Virus record (IMG/VR): IMGVR_UViG_3300049486_000079
Location: 28,841 to 92,840 of that record
DNA: 64,000 bases
DNA from: a virus
Lineage: Duplodnaviria; Caudoviricetes
Reading direction: 5' to 3' (one strand)
Part shown: piece after piece, positions 9,666 through 19,373 of the stretch
How positions within the stretch are numbered: the first letter of the stretch is position 1
How the letters are laid out: each line of letters begins with the position of its first letter
The notes under the pieces: model-generated
Told to the model about the DNA's origin: nothing
Databases searched by the model: none
The model's input: only the letters and a program-made list of their open reading frames with translations
Position numbers and translations under genes: made by a program

Positions 9666-10634
9666 TCAGAACGTCGGGACCGTATTTCCATTTGGCACCC
9701 AGACCTCACCAATGATGGTCGTAGTCGAGCTGCCCGAGCTGGGCTCGACCGTCCCCTGCACAATACCCGAGCCCGAAGGCGCATACGCGATGTCGACCAT
9801 AGTCCCTCGAATAGCAATCTGCGACGACGCTGTCGACACGCAGACGATAGGCATGTCGGGATATTTGCCCGAGATATTCGATCCAGTGTTTGTAACGTTC
9901 GTGAAAAAGTTATTCGATGTAAAAGGATTAAGAGGCGCAGCACCGTTTGCCGACGAATTGACAGTGTCGTCAATCCAGAATGACGTGTGCGCTCCGCTCT
10001 GGAGGTTCGCGAGGGTCAACGCACCATTCGTCGCATCGTAATTAACGAACTGATACGTCGGGTATAAGTCGCCAGACTCACTTCCCGTAAGCAAAAGGCT
10101 CGCCCAGGCAAAAAACATCTTCCCCGAACCTGTAGACGTGTAGAGCATAAGCCAGTCGCCGGCTGTGTTATACAGGATGCTGTATTTTGCCGCCGCGACC
10201 GCTGTCTTAATAAACTGCTGGTTCCCGATAGCGCGATTATTCGTAGGCGCAGTCGGATCGGTCGTCGTCGAACCACTCGTAAACGCAGCAGTCGCATACG
10301 TGATATTGATAAGGTGAGGGTTCCCTGAGCCTGTCGAACACGCAATGAGAATCCAAATATTCTTTCCGGACGACGGATAGTTCGTAGGGGACTTAAGCAC
10401 GATCCATGAGCGGGCGCTGCCGCCAGACTGCCACACAAGATTCGAGTCGGCCGACCAGCGATCCGTCCCATCCATACCAGCAGCAGTCGAAGACGAAGAT
10501 CCATCGACGGTCCACCCGGCGTTTTTCATCCCATCCTTGAACTGACGAAGGACCGCACGGGCCTGAGCTGTGAGCGACGCTGCGCTCGGAACATTGTTCC
10601 AAGAAGTTGTCCAGGTACGCACCAAAGTAGTCAT
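9666..10634 (-). CDS. Virion structural protein (fibre-tip/adhesin candidate)
   Basis: S/T/G-rich; AGWTV..S and WIVLK motifs; within fibre cluster. Confidence 0.65.
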   Translation of the reverse strand: MTTLVRTWTTSWNNVPSAASLTAQARAVLRQFKDGMKNAGWTVDGSSSSTAAGMDGTDRWSADSNLVWQSGGSARSWIVLKSPTNYPSSGKNIWILIACSTGSGNPHLINITYATAAFTSGSTTTDPTAPTNNRAIGNQQFIKTAVAAAKYSILYNTAGDWLMLYTSTGSGKMFFAWASLLLTGSESGDLYPTYQFVNYDATNGALTLANLQSGAHTSFWIDDTVNSSANGAAPLNPFTSNNFFTNVTNTGSNISGKYPDMPIVCVSTASSQIAIRGTMVDIAYAPSGSGIVQGTVEPSSGSSTTTIIGEVWVPNGNTVPTF

Positions 10635-10670
10635 CTATTCACCTCGCCTAACCATTAAAAGACGTACCCG

Positions 10671-11195
10671 CTAGGCCATATCGAAATCGACGCCACGAAA
10701 GAGACTTGTCCCAGAATCGCTCGAATTATACCCACGCAACTCGTACCAACCAGAAGAAGGAACCGTCACGCTTGTAGTGCTCGCGACTCCGAGCGTATTT
10801 GTACGCGTTAAAGTAGAAACCAAAGACGAGTCGCTCTGTCTGTAAAGCTTCAAAGTCGCTGTATGGCTTGCATCCAAGGACCCCATAAGCGCGGAAAAAG
10901 TCGCAAGGGTGCCGGAGTTTAGATAAAGAGCACCTATCATGGTCTCCACCGTGCCATCGACGTAATACGGATTAGGTATCACCGAAAATGCGCGAGATCC
11001 TGCATTGGTGTCGACATAGTCTTTTGTCGCCGCGTCTGTCGATACCGTAGGTGTTCCAAGGTTCGTAAGCTTGAAACCGCCCATGCTCTGATTCGCAGTA
11101 AAGGCCTGGCCGCCATCTGCCTGAATCACTGCCTCTGCAAGCCGATCGAGAGCGACTGAGCCTGAGGCTATTTGCTTGCCTTTTATTGCAGCCAT
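10671..11195 (-). CDS. Fibre protein (start refined to ATG 11195, MAAIKGKQIA)
   Basis: N-terminus nearly identical to 11266..12285; TNLGTPT..TDAATKDYVD fibre motif; C-terminus homologous to that of 14827..15606. Confidence 0.75.
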   Translation of the reverse strand: MAAIKGKQIASGSVALDRLAEAVIQADGGQAFTANQSMGGFKLTNLGTPTVSTDAATKDYVDTNAGSRAFSVIPNPYYVDGTVETMIGALYLNSGTLATFSALMGSLDASHTATLKLYRQSDSSLVSTLTRTNTLGVASTTSVTVPSSGWYELRGYNSSDSGTSLFRGVDFDMA

Positions 11196-11227
11196 GAACC
11201 TTCGGACTCCTACATAAAAAGAAGATG

Positions 11228-11255
11228 AAAAAAAGGAGCGGCGCGGGCCGCTCCT
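11228..11255 (-). terminator. Rho-independent terminator after 11266..12285
   Basis: GC-rich stem GGAGCGGC/GCCGCTCC followed by T7 on the minus strand. Confidence 0.75.
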
Positions 11256-11265
11256 ACGCAGCCAA

Positions 11266-12285
11266 TTAGAACGCAGAGTACACGAAATCGATTCGATCGC
11301 TCGTAGCCAGTTCAAACCCGGCAATAGAACCGTTCCAATGAAGAGTATCGCCAGCAGCAATAGCGCTCATAGCGCGTGCTGTAGAACCGCTGTCGTTCGA
11401 AAAATAACAATCCACGGAGACCTTCGTACCGTTGCCGACCAGATAGTGAATGCCATTCACACGCACTCCAATATAGCCGCCCAGCGCGTTATTTGAAGTG
11501 ACAGTAGAAGAAGTTGCCTGATCATTGTCCGTCGTCGTAGCTAAAGCCGTAAGGTTTTTATCGGCTGTAACCGCAACAGGCGAATCGTGTACGTGATCGC
11601 TACGAGCAACAGACGTCGCCACGCCTGCCGAGTTAGCTGTACCGACAGAAACGGGCGTGCCATAGGTCAAAGAACCTGTGCCTGTGAACTGAACCCACGT
11701 AATCGGATCTGTACCGATAACAGGAGCATCGCTAACCTGGGTCCAACCCGTATCCTCATTGACCGTGCCCTGCTGGACAAAGATGGCCGCACTATCAAGC
11801 TCTGCCGAGACATCCGCATCCGTAACACGCGTAAGCACCCACGGATTGCTGCCGTCCCCGACCGTAGTCAAAGAATACAGACCGTTCTCCTCGTCGTTTG
11901 TCTGATCTTTGACAAGGAGGCGATCGAACTGGACAAGAGTCACGCCATCGGAATCAGAAGACGACCAGGCGCCGTTACCTGTACGGGTCAGCGTCGCACC
12001 TACGCCAAGCGTACCGTTTGCGTAAACAGGCGTATTTGTAATCTGCGCAGTCGTCGCTGCGATAGCGGCGTCTTTCCAAGATAAACCTGCTGCGACAGCG
12101 TCAAGCTGCTGCTTATTAACAGCGTCCGTAGCAGCAGTACCGTTCGCAAGGTTGGTGATCTTAAAACCACCGTGGCTCTGATCGGCAGTAAAAGCCTGAC
12201 CACCGTCCGCCTGGATAACAGCCTCCACGAGGCGATCCAGTGCGATCGAAGCCGCCGCTATCTGTTTTCCTTTGATTAAAGCCAT
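11266..12285 (-). CDS. Fibre / head decoration-type protein
   Basis: ITNLANG..TDAVNKQQLD, GLSWKD, DRLLVKDQT..ENGLY and VARSDHVH motifs. Confidence 0.8.
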   Translation of the reverse strand: MALIKGKQIAAASIALDRLVEAVIQADGGQAFTADQSHGGFKITNLANGTAATDAVNKQQLDAVAAGLSWKDAAIAATTAQITNTPVYANGTLGVGATLTRTGNGAWSSSDSDGVTLVQFDRLLVKDQTNDEENGLYSLTTVGDGSNPWVLTRVTDADVSAELDSAAIFVQQGTVNEDTGWTQVSDAPVIGTDPITWVQFTGTGSLTYGTPVSVGTANSAGVATSVARSDHVHDSPVAVTADKNLTALATTTDNDQATSSTVTSNNALGGYIGVRVNGIHYLVGNGTKVSVDCYFSNDSGSTARAMSAIAAGDTLHWNGSIAGFELATSDRIDFVYSAF

Positions 12286-12309
12286 AGCCTCTCTCCTTCA
12301 GCGAATTCT

Positions 12310-13341
12310 TCAGAAGTCGTAGTCGAACTTCACCTCGTCACCGATAGCCAAGGTAAAGCTCAGGTTGAACCATGTCACAGCAGTGCCGACGACTGAAAAA
12401 TCGACACCGTTAAGATACTCCACACCATTTACGGTCATTTCCACGTCATTACCGTCAATAGGAACAGCAGACAGAGTAAAGGCAGTCTGACCGTTAATAG
12501 CCACAATAAACTGATCTGTCTGGTGATGGTCTGTCAAAACGGCACTGTCCGGAGGATAGGCACTAAGAATAAGCCACGAACTTGTTCCGTCGCTTCGAAA
12601 AGCGACGGAGGCACGCCCCACCTGAAGAACAAAGCTGGGGGAGCCATCGAGTGTATTTAGCCCTGTCGGCACAATCGTCACGTTATTAGGAAGAGGATTG
12701 CCTGTTGTTCCAGTGACGACCTTGACCTCAATCGTCTTACCTGAATTAGACGGATCCACTCCCGGCAACGTCACCGTCTGAGCGTTTAATGAGGGATCTA
12801 CTAAAACAGTTTCCGAAACCGCCGCCGTAACCGTAAGAGACGTATAGACGCTTGTTATTGTGGTCGCGCCGCTTGCGGTACTCTGAAAGGCAGTCAGAAC
12901 CGGATACGTCTCGCCTGTCGGGAGCGTCTTCCCGTTGACAAAATAAAGTCTTGTACCCCGTCGAACACAAAAAAGAAGAGCCGCGTCAGAGGACGGGACG
13001 CGATTCGACTTCTTCAGAGCAATTGTCGTATCCTGCGTCGGAGCCCTGACCAGCTCGACATAGGCCATATCACTATTTTGAAGAACAATGGAACCCGCGG
13101 CAATCGTACAACGAAAACCCGTGATTCCGGATAAGACTTCGATAGCCGAAGTCCAAGAAAGCAGGCCTGTCCCTGCATTAAAAGAAAAGTCGCCCCCTTC
13201 CATGAAGCGAAGATGGCGATCCTCCCGGGCTGCATAACCCGAAGCGTCCATCGCCTGGACCATCGACTCGAAGGGCTCAAACCACGGATCCTGCCCCCTC
13301 TGGGGGTAAGGCCATCGTAACCTTGGCGACGTCAGGCTCAT
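12310..13341 (-). CDS. Virion fibre/adaptor protein, N-terminal paralog of 14827..15606
   Basis: SPRLRWPYP..QDPWF..FESMV..MDASGYA.REDRHL shared; VTLP and GQTAFTL domains. Confidence 0.75.
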   Translation of the reverse strand: MSLTSPRLRWPYPQRGQDPWFEPFESMVQAMDASGYAAREDRHLRFMEGGDFSFNAGTGLLSWTSAIEVLSGITGFRCTIAAGSIVLQNSDMAYVELVRAPTQDTTIALKKSNRVPSSDAALLFCVRRGTRLYFVNGKTLPTGETYPVLTAFQSTASGATTITSVYTSLTVTAAVSETVLVDPSLNAQTVTLPGVDPSNSGKTIEVKVVTGTTGNPLPNNVTIVPTGLNTLDGSPSFVLQVGRASVAFRSDGTSSWLILSAYPPDSAVLTDHHQTDQFIVAINGQTAFTLSAVPIDGNDVEMTVNGVEYLNGVDFSVVGTAVTWFNLSFTLAIGDEVKFDYDF

Positions 13342-13349
13342 GCTTCTAC

Positions 13350-13652
13350 CTAGCAGTTCTGAGTGTCTAAGACAATTTCATAAGCAACGAGAGTCCCTGT
13401 ATAAGCAGGCGTCGTTACCCCGGGCGTTGGATCAGGCACCGAAGAAGTCCAATATACGTAGTCATTAGTGCCTCCAGAATCATAAGCCCGTTGAAAAACT
13501 TCTCTCCCAGAAACCACAGCCGCTGCTGGGGGAGGAATCAGCACTCCGTAAAAATCGACAACACTCGCTCGCGGAAGCGGTCTACCGAGCAACAAAGGCT
13601 GCTCAGGAATAACACTTCCAGGTTGTGTTCCGGTGGAATCAAAATCGGTCAT
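13350..13652 (-). CDS. Small virion protein, paralog of 9394..9657
   Basis: RAYDSG..YVYW...TTPAYTGTL. Confidence 0.7.
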   Translation of the reverse strand: MTDFDSTGTQPGSVIPEQPLLLGRPLPRASVVDFYGVLIPPPAAAVVSGREVFQRAYDSGGTNDYVYWTSSVPDPTPGVTTPAYTGTLVAYEIVLDTQNC

Positions 13653-13662
13653 CTCACTAACC

Positions 13663-14811
13663 TCAGGTGGCCCCAGGTCCGATTGCTAACCCAATCGAAG
13701 CGCCTCCGTAATTAAGAGATGGGAAAATCTTTTGGGCCTGCGCAACATCATAGTTAGGGATCATACGATCCCCGTCGACCTGGGTACCAATAGGCCACCA
13801 GAAGAGGTGCTCAGGGTAGCCTCGGAAACCACCGTTCGAGGGGCCCCCTGAAAAACCAGACGAAAACACATGAGCCCTAACACCTGCATAGAAATTAGTC
13901 GACTCTGGGGCATTCTGCCCGGCAAAAAACCCAGTGCTGGGGAACATCGGGCTAAAGCCGTGGCTCTGTGAGAAGGTGCCTGTATACACAGCATCGATGA
14001 AGTTGGTAAAATAAGGCGTCATCGTGCTGTTGTTGGAACCTATGTTGACATACATAGGACAGGGGTCGAGGCCTACGATTGCTTTTGATGTAGCAGACCC
14101 GTGATTATTCGCCAGGCTCACTACGGTAATATCGGTAGCCGTCACCGCGCTGACCTCGACAACTTCCGCATTGTCATGCGTGAGCGGAAAAGTAAAGCCA
14201 GGATCGACAACGTCGTACACCCAGACACGCTGCCCTACGGTAATTTCGGTAGAGATATCACGATCCAGCGCAATCGTCACCCCTGCTCCTGCTACGACGT
14301 TTGCAGTAGCTCGCGCTATGCCCGCAGCAAGCGAAGGTATGTGAGAACGAACAGGGCTGCCAAAGACTAAGAAATACCAACTACCGCTCTGCGCCCAGAG
14401 AATGACAAACTCATATTCATTCCGGACTCCCCAGTAATCAATCTGAGCTGTATCACTCAGCGTCACTCCGTGAGCGCCCATAGGTACTGCATCACGCAAA
14501 CCCACTTCAGCAACAACATCCCAGTCCTGGTACGCATTCACATAAATAGTCAAAGTACTCAATTGAATACGAACAAACAGATTGGCATCCCCTGCGCCAG
14601 AAACGAGGGTGCGGTCCCCGAGAGACCGAAACACTTTATCGAAAGTAACAGGAGGGCTCAACGTCAGAGACGCGTGCTCTTCCCACGCGTCCGTCGCATT
14701 ACTCTGAAAGGCAGTCAGCTCGGTCTCTATTGTCGTACAAAAATTAGAAACTTGCCCCGAAAGCACCGCAGCAAGGGTACCGCTGAAAAACTCGCCTGTA
14801 GACCGTGCCAT
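13663..14811 (-). CDS. Virion structural protein (fibre-tip/adhesin candidate)
   Basis: 382 aa beta-rich; occupies the same cassette position as 9666..10634. Confidence 0.65.
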   Translation of the reverse strand: MARSTGEFFSGTLAAVLSGQVSNFCTTIETELTAFQSNATDAWEEHASLTLSPPVTFDKVFRSLGDRTLVSGAGDANLFVRIQLSTLTIYVNAYQDWDVVAEVGLRDAVPMGAHGVTLSDTAQIDYWGVRNEYEFVILWAQSGSWYFLVFGSPVRSHIPSLAAGIARATANVVAGAGVTIALDRDISTEITVGQRVWVYDVVDPGFTFPLTHDNAEVVEVSAVTATDITVVSLANNHGSATSKAIVGLDPCPMYVNIGSNNSTMTPYFTNFIDAVYTGTFSQSHGFSPMFPSTGFFAGQNAPESTNFYAGVRAHVFSSGFSGGPSNGGFRGYPEHLFWWPIGTQVDGDRMIPNYDVAQAQKIFPSLNYGGASIGLAIGPGAT

Positions 14812-14826
14812 AGCTATTCCACCGTC

Positions 14827-15606
14827 CTATCGAAGCTCAAAAAAAACTCCGTTGCAAATAGCCACACCGGATGCGTTGTTACTGTAGAGGAGCAGATCGT
14901 GCCATCCCTCGGTGAATGTGATATCCGAAGCGGTTCTGACCGCTAGAGCGCCTGCTGCGCCCCCGACCACGGCTACAGAAGCCGCGTCAGAAGAACGACG
15001 AATCCGCAGCGTCGCTGTATGCGCGAGCACCTGGGAGCCGATAATTGTCTGCACATTTACGATTGTCGACCCCTTCAGGTAAATCGACCCGACAATTGTC
15101 TCGGCGGTCCCTGTGATGCTCCTGGGACTCGGCACGACATTATCGAACCGAACATTGTCGCTCAGAAGCCGGAAACAAGCACCTGCTTTGAGGATCGCCC
15201 CATTACGGAAATAAAGCGTATCTCCTCGTCTCAGGCAAATCAGAAGAGAGGCATCGCTCGGAGGCACCCGATTCGTTTTTTTCGCATCGAGCTGGACGGA
15301 AGAGGTCGGAGAGCGAACGAGGTCGAGGTAGAAAATATCGCCGTCGTTGAGAACAATGCTGCCTGCCGGCACATACCAGATAAACCCGGTAATCGCTGCA
15401 AAGATGTCTAAGCGCTCTGACCAGGAAAGCTCGCCTGTCAGAGCATTAAAACAGATATTTCCTCCTCCCATTAAGAGAAGGTGCCGATCCTCCCGGGAGG
15501 CATACCCGGAAGCGTCCATCGAGGCGACCATGGACTCGAAGGTCGTGAACCACGGATCCTGGAACTGCTCCGGATAAGGCCATTTAAGCTTAGGCGACAG
15601 CGGCAC
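14827..15606 (-). CDS. Virion fibre/adaptor protein
   Basis: N-terminus paralogous to 12310..13341, C-terminus paralogous to 10671..11195. Confidence 0.75.
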   Translation of the reverse strand: MPLSPKLKWPYPEQFQDPWFTTFESMVASMDASGYASREDRHLLLMGGGNICFNALTGELSWSERLDIFAAITGFIWYVPAGSIVLNDGDIFYLDLVRSPTSSVQLDAKKTNRVPPSDASLLICLRRGDTLYFRNGAILKAGACFRLLSDNVRFDNVVPSPRSITGTAETIVGSIYLKGSTIVNVQTIIGSQVLAHTATLRIRRSSDAASVAVVGGAAGALAVRTASDITFTEGWHDLLLYSNNASGVAICNGVFFELR

Positions 15607-15623
15607 GGGTTCCCTCTCTTAAA

Positions 15624-16019
15624 CTACAAAGGGATACGGGTGACCGTATCCTTTACTCGGAATAAAGAAGGAGGGACAACGACGAAGCGTTCCCCGCTCA
15701 GGGTGATAAGCCAGACGTCGAATAGGTAATCCACGTTGGAATCAAGGTTCTGGGTGTCTGCGGGCAGGATGTAGATCTCCGCGACCCCGACCTTAGGCTG
15801 GATCAACGCAGCCTGTAAGGGATCGTCTGTCCACTTCTGGATCAAGGGAAGCGGGTCCAAGACGTCGTACTTCACGGACATCACGACTCGGGCCCCAGTG
15901 ATGTCGTAGGGGACTCCGTCCGCATCCGTAACCTCAAGGCGAAGGGTCCGTGTGGTCCCTCGAACGATTTCGAGGCCCGTTTCGGGCAAGAGAAGAGACG
16001 CTCCGCTACTCACGACCAC
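15624..16019 (-). CDS. BppU-like baseplate/fibre adaptor
   Basis: IVRG.T..L, PYDITGA, PADT.L and YLFDV motifs. Confidence 0.7.
   Translation of the reverse strand: MVVSSGASLLLPETGLEIVRGTTRTLRLEVTDADGVPYDITGARVVMSVKYDVLDPLPLIQKWTDDPLQAALIQPKVGVAEIYILPADTQNLDSNVDYLFDVWLITLSGERFVVVPPSLFRVKDTVTRIPL
15945..15958. repeat. GGWCC-RYRY-GGWCC site
   Basis: GGTCCGTGTGGTCC. Confidence 0.75.
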
Positions 16020-16020
16020 C

Positions 16021-16224
16021 CTACCTTACATACAAACGAGCCTTGAGAGAGACGACCGCATGCACTCTACCACAAAGAGGGTTCTTCGGTGTAATCCGTG
16101 CCTGAATGTTCGTTTTAGCTAGGATACGTGCTCGCACGTGTTCTACCACTCGAATCGACCTCCGCGCTAGCTGAAATCGCCATACCAACGAAGCTCGTTT
16201 GTTTTTGACGACCGCAAAGCCCAT
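16021..16224 (-). CDS. Small basic hypothetical protein
   Basis: TGATG coupling to upstream gene; fills the gap. Confidence 0.55.
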   Translation of the reverse strand: MGFAVVKNKRASLVWRFQLARRSIRVVEHVRARILAKTNIQARITPKNPLCGRVHAVVSLKARLYVR

Positions 16225-16850
16225 CAGCCCACCGTCGTGAACGTCTGCACTGTCGAAGCCGTAGTCAGAGGATCCGTTACAGAGACCTCTACATAATACA
16301 CCCGATTATCCGCCAAGAAAATCGGAACAGTGCTTTGGAAGTAAAAAACACCGCTTGGAAAGGGCACGGACGAGGTCATCGTCAGAAGCACAACATCATT
16401 GGAGTCTCGAAGCACAAAGGAAGCCGAGACTGGGTCTGCGACCGTCTGGCCCGCACGGTCCATCCACACAGCCGAACGAACAAGCTGGGAGGCGTCTTCA
16501 TAGCTCAAATTGAACTGCGCCTCGACGAACATGTTCGCGATTTCCTGCGAAGACGGAACAACAATATCGGCCACGATAAGATCGTCCACCCGCCCGTATA
16601 CAGGACTGGGGATGGTGCGCCCGACATCGTCATAGACTGTGTAAACAACAATGTATTTTCCCGCTAGCGGAACCGTGTACGAGCCGTAATAGTAACCATC
16701 TAAAAGATGCGTAAGATTCACAGAAGCAATAGGTGTAGGGCTGCCTAACTCGTCAAACACCCTGGCTTGAGGGTATTTAGACGAGTTGCCATCTTCGATG
16801 ACCAGAGAAAAAGGAACGCTTTCCCCTGCTTGAGCAAGAATTTCAGACAT
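16224..16850 (-). CDS. Ig-like virion protein
   Basis: Two beta-sandwich-like halves (GYYYG.Y...GKY.V.Y; GVFYF...YYVEV). Confidence 0.65.
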   Translation of the reverse strand: MSEILAQAGESVPFSLVIEDGNSSKYPQARVFDELGSPTPIASVNLTHLLDGYYYGSYTVPLAGKYIVVYTVYDDVGRTIPSPVYGRVDDLIVADIVVPSSQEIANMFVEAQFNLSYEDASQLVRSAVWMDRAGQTVADPVSASFVLRDSNDVVLLTMTSSVPFPSGVFYFQSTVPIFLADNRVYYVEVSVTDPLTTASTVQTFTTVG

Positions 16851-16873
16851 CCCTACACCTACAAATCAAAACA

Positions 16874-16904
16874 ATAAGTAAAACACGTCTCGTGTTTTAC
16901 TTAT
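16874..16904 (-). terminator. Perfect 14-bp AT-rich inverted repeat, probable terminator of 16906..18060
   Basis: ATAAGTAAAACACG-tct-CGTGTTTTACTTAT followed by TGTTTTGATTT on the minus strand. Confidence 0.6.
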
Positions 16905-16905
16905 A

Positions 16906-18060
16906 TCAATAAGGCACAGCAACTGCACGCAGAGGAAAAGCTGAACCCCCTGTCGGCATAAACTGGATCCAGGGCTCAGAAGTCGAGGGCGAAGTCGCAA
17001 TCGTATAACGCCCCCAAACTGCACACTTCGTATTATCCCCGGTCGAACCTGTTGTAGGCGGGATCAGGTAGTGATTGTTGCCGCTCGTGGGAATTACGCC
17101 CACCATCGAAAACGCAGCGCCTCCCCACTGTCCTCCGCGAGGATTGAAACAAAAACCAAGAGCGCGCCCGTCGTCAGACGACGACGTAAGATGCATCTTG
17201 TAAAGCACACCATAATTTCCAGATATTGTCTCCGCTGTTGGGGGCGAAACTGCGTTATCATAGCCAGTCACATTCGCATCGTTCGCTGTGTTCCCCGCAA
17301 TCGGAAACTGCTGCACATCCCCTGATGTTAAAATAGTACCCGTGGCGTCATAGACCTTATCTGCATAGTCAAACGTCCCCCGATCATGCGAGTCGCGAGA
17401 CGCCACGGATAATCCAGGGCAGACGCTGGTAGCAGAGTCGCCAGTGTTCAACATGCAAATAGCGACTGTGTGATCACAAGGGAATGAGTAGTCCCAAATG
17501 CCGTGGTAAAGATTGCCGTTCGAGACATTGGTCCCATTAAAAGTCGAGTCGAGCGCGACCCAGCTCCCGGCAGAGACATTGACTCCCGAAGCAGCAGAAG
17601 ACGTATCCCAACGATTATAAGCGAGCTTGCCTGCATACAAAAAGCTCGTGGTCGGTCCCGCAAGCCCAGTCTTCTGACGTGTAAGCGTGCACGAAGTTCC
17701 TGAACGGTTCTTAAGAACAACTGCAAAACGCTTTGTCGAACCCGAGTTGTTCACATGATACGAGAAAATGCGATTGTAGACCCCTGACGAAGTTGCTCCG
17801 AGAGTCGCATCTTCATAAAGCTTCGTTTTCGCGGTCGGACTTTCGGGTGAGTCCGAAAAAATCAGCTTCCCGCCTTCCCAGGTCTCCGACATCGAGATCT
17901 CAGGACACCCTGGAACAGATGAAATACCGTCAAGCGTAATAACCTGCGCTAGAGTCGAATTAGTCATGTCCGTATCGAGCGTCGAACTCACGGGACAACT
18001 GCCGTAAGCCTCGCGCGTGATAAAGACAGCGACCAAACCAAGATATGCTCTCCAATTCAA
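16906..18060 (-). CDS. Secreted protein with signal peptide (FSDSPE / GNYGVLY family, DUF3370-like)
   Basis: Signal-peptide-like N-terminus ending AYG; LIFSDSPE, RIFSYHVN, H.RGTF and GNYGVLY motifs recalled from bacterial exported proteins. Confidence 0.65.
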   Translation of the reverse strand: MNWRAYLGLVAVFITREAYGSCPVSSTLDTDMTNSTLAQVITLDGISSVPGCPEISMSETWEGGKLIFSDSPESPTAKTKLYEDATLGATSSGVYNRIFSYHVNNSGSTKRFAVVLKNRSGTSCTLTRQKTGLAGPTTSFLYAGKLAYNRWDTSSAASGVNVSAGSWVALDSTFNGTNVSNGNLYHGIWDYSFPCDHTVAICMLNTGDSATSVCPGLSVASRDSHDRGTFDYADKVYDATGTILTSGDVQQFPIAGNTANDANVTGYDNAVSPPTAETISGNYGVLYKMHLTSSSDDGRALGFCFNPRGGQWGGAAFSMVGVIPTSGNNHYLIPPTTGSTGDNTKCAVWGRYTIATSPSTSEPWIQFMPTGGSAFPLRAVAVPY

Positions 18061-18077
18061 GATCCCACCTCCTACCG

Positions 18078-18812
18078 CTACAGCGGCTGTTCGTACATAA
18101 TGAGAGTCGCACGAATCGTTGTGCTCGTCGCCTGGTTCGGGACAACAGTTACACGTACATAGGTCTTTTCAGGCACAATAATAGACTCGGCAGTGCCGTA
18201 CCCTCCAAGAAATTCACGCTCAAAGCTCAGTCGCGTCGGGGGCGTCGGATTGCTCTCGAATAATTTATCCAAGTCGATGGTGGCGTCGACCAAATTGCTT
18301 CCAAATCTTTGCTGCGCCAGCAGCTTCATCGAGGCCTCATCGTCCACAACAGCCGACCATTTGAGAATAATACCCTGGTACCCAGCAGGAACGTAGTGGT
18401 GCGCAGCGAACGTCTGCGAGGTAGCCGAAGCAATACCCATAATCTCCGTACCACCCCCTCCCGTCACGGTACGCAACGTAATAGCCCCGGCCGCTGCCGC
18501 GCCCTGGATGACCTGCATGCTCTCGATAAATCGAATATCAGTAGCGACTGAATTGACGGCCGTCGTTCCATTCAGCGTAAAGTCCTCTGTGCTCCGCACA
18601 TAACTCGAATTAAGATAGGTCACGCGAACGGCTTTGGCGCCAGATCCCGCTGAAGCATCCTGCGCAGACGTAGACACAATCGATCGTTGCGCCTCACTAG
18701 CGGGCTCTGCATAGGTACGGCCAAAAACAAGCACCTCGCTGGTAGAAGTCGCAGTCAGATTTCCCAGACGACGAATAACATTAGGATCACTGACAAGAGT
18801 GATATTAGACAC
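18078..18812 (-). CDS. Virion structural protein (start refined to GTG 18812)
   Basis: SIVSTSAQD..GSGAKAVRV.YL, TLNGTT.V and YVPAG motifs; GAGGTG RBS. Confidence 0.7.
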   Translation of the reverse strand: MSNITLVSDPNVIRRLGNLTATSTSEVLVFGRTYAEPASEAQRSIVSTSAQDASAGSGAKAVRVTYLNSSYVRSTEDFTLNGTTAVNSVATDIRFIESMQVIQGAAAAGAITLRTVTGGGGTEIMGIASATSQTFAAHHYVPAGYQGIILKWSAVVDDEASMKLLAQQRFGSNLVDATIDLDKLFESNPTPPTRLSFEREFLGGYGTAESIIVPEKTYVRVTVVPNQATSTTIRATLIMYEQPL

Positions 18813-18820
18813 TGCCCACC

Positions 18821-19372
18821 TCACACCACGGAAAAAACAACAATTACGTCGAAGGTGCCCGCAGTCGAATTTGCCGTCTGCTTGAGGGTCAAAGACTGGT
18901 CTGCCCGTAACGTAAGAGGAACAGGTCTCGCCGCCCAAGCAGGGAGAAGACTCTGCAAGGCGTGATCAGCAGACTCCACATCAGCGGTGCCCGTCCCCCA
19001 TTCATCTGACGACCAAAGCCAGCGCTCCAGTAAAGAAGTAGACTCGCCTGTAATCGTCGCACCGGTCCTCACGCTAATATTCCCATTGAGTGTATTGTTT
19101 GTATCGTACGCAACAACACTCGATGTAAGACTCGTCCCTCCTGAGTGCGAAGTTGCTCGTCGAAGCTCGAACGTCGCTGCAACACCTGTAACAGCACCTG
19201 TTTGTACGTTACGAATTGAGATTGAGAAAACGCGTAGACGGACCGAGCTTCCCGATAAATTCGCGAGAGAAATCATCGACTTATTTTGCGCAATCGCAGT
19301 CGCCGACGAAACTACGACGAAAGTATCCTCTTCGTAAATCCGAACAGGATCAAGAACTACTACGCCAGGCAT
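18821..19372 (-). CDS. Virion structural protein
   Basis: Beta-rich, within fibre cluster. Confidence 0.65.
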   Translation of the reverse strand: MPGVVVLDPVRIYEEDTFVVVSSATAIAQNKSMISLANLSGSSVRLRVFSISIRNVQTGAVTGVAATFELRRATSHSGGTSLTSSVVAYDTNNTLNGNISVRTGATITGESTSLLERWLWSSDEWGTGTADVESADHALQSLLPAWAARPVPLTLRADQSLTLKQTANSTAGTFDVIVVFSVV

Positions 19373-19373
19373 C

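Noticed and set aside
9394-15606. Diversity-generating retroelement or invertase shufflon explaining the paralogous fibres
   Set aside because: No reverse transcriptase or recombinase, no inverted cassettes, and no adenine-specific repeat pair seen
18813-18938. ORF-track N-terminal extensions (also 11196-11360, 58080-58184, 60436-60552, 61814-61930)
   Set aside because: They overlap upstream genes or terminators; downstream starts have better RBS or coupling
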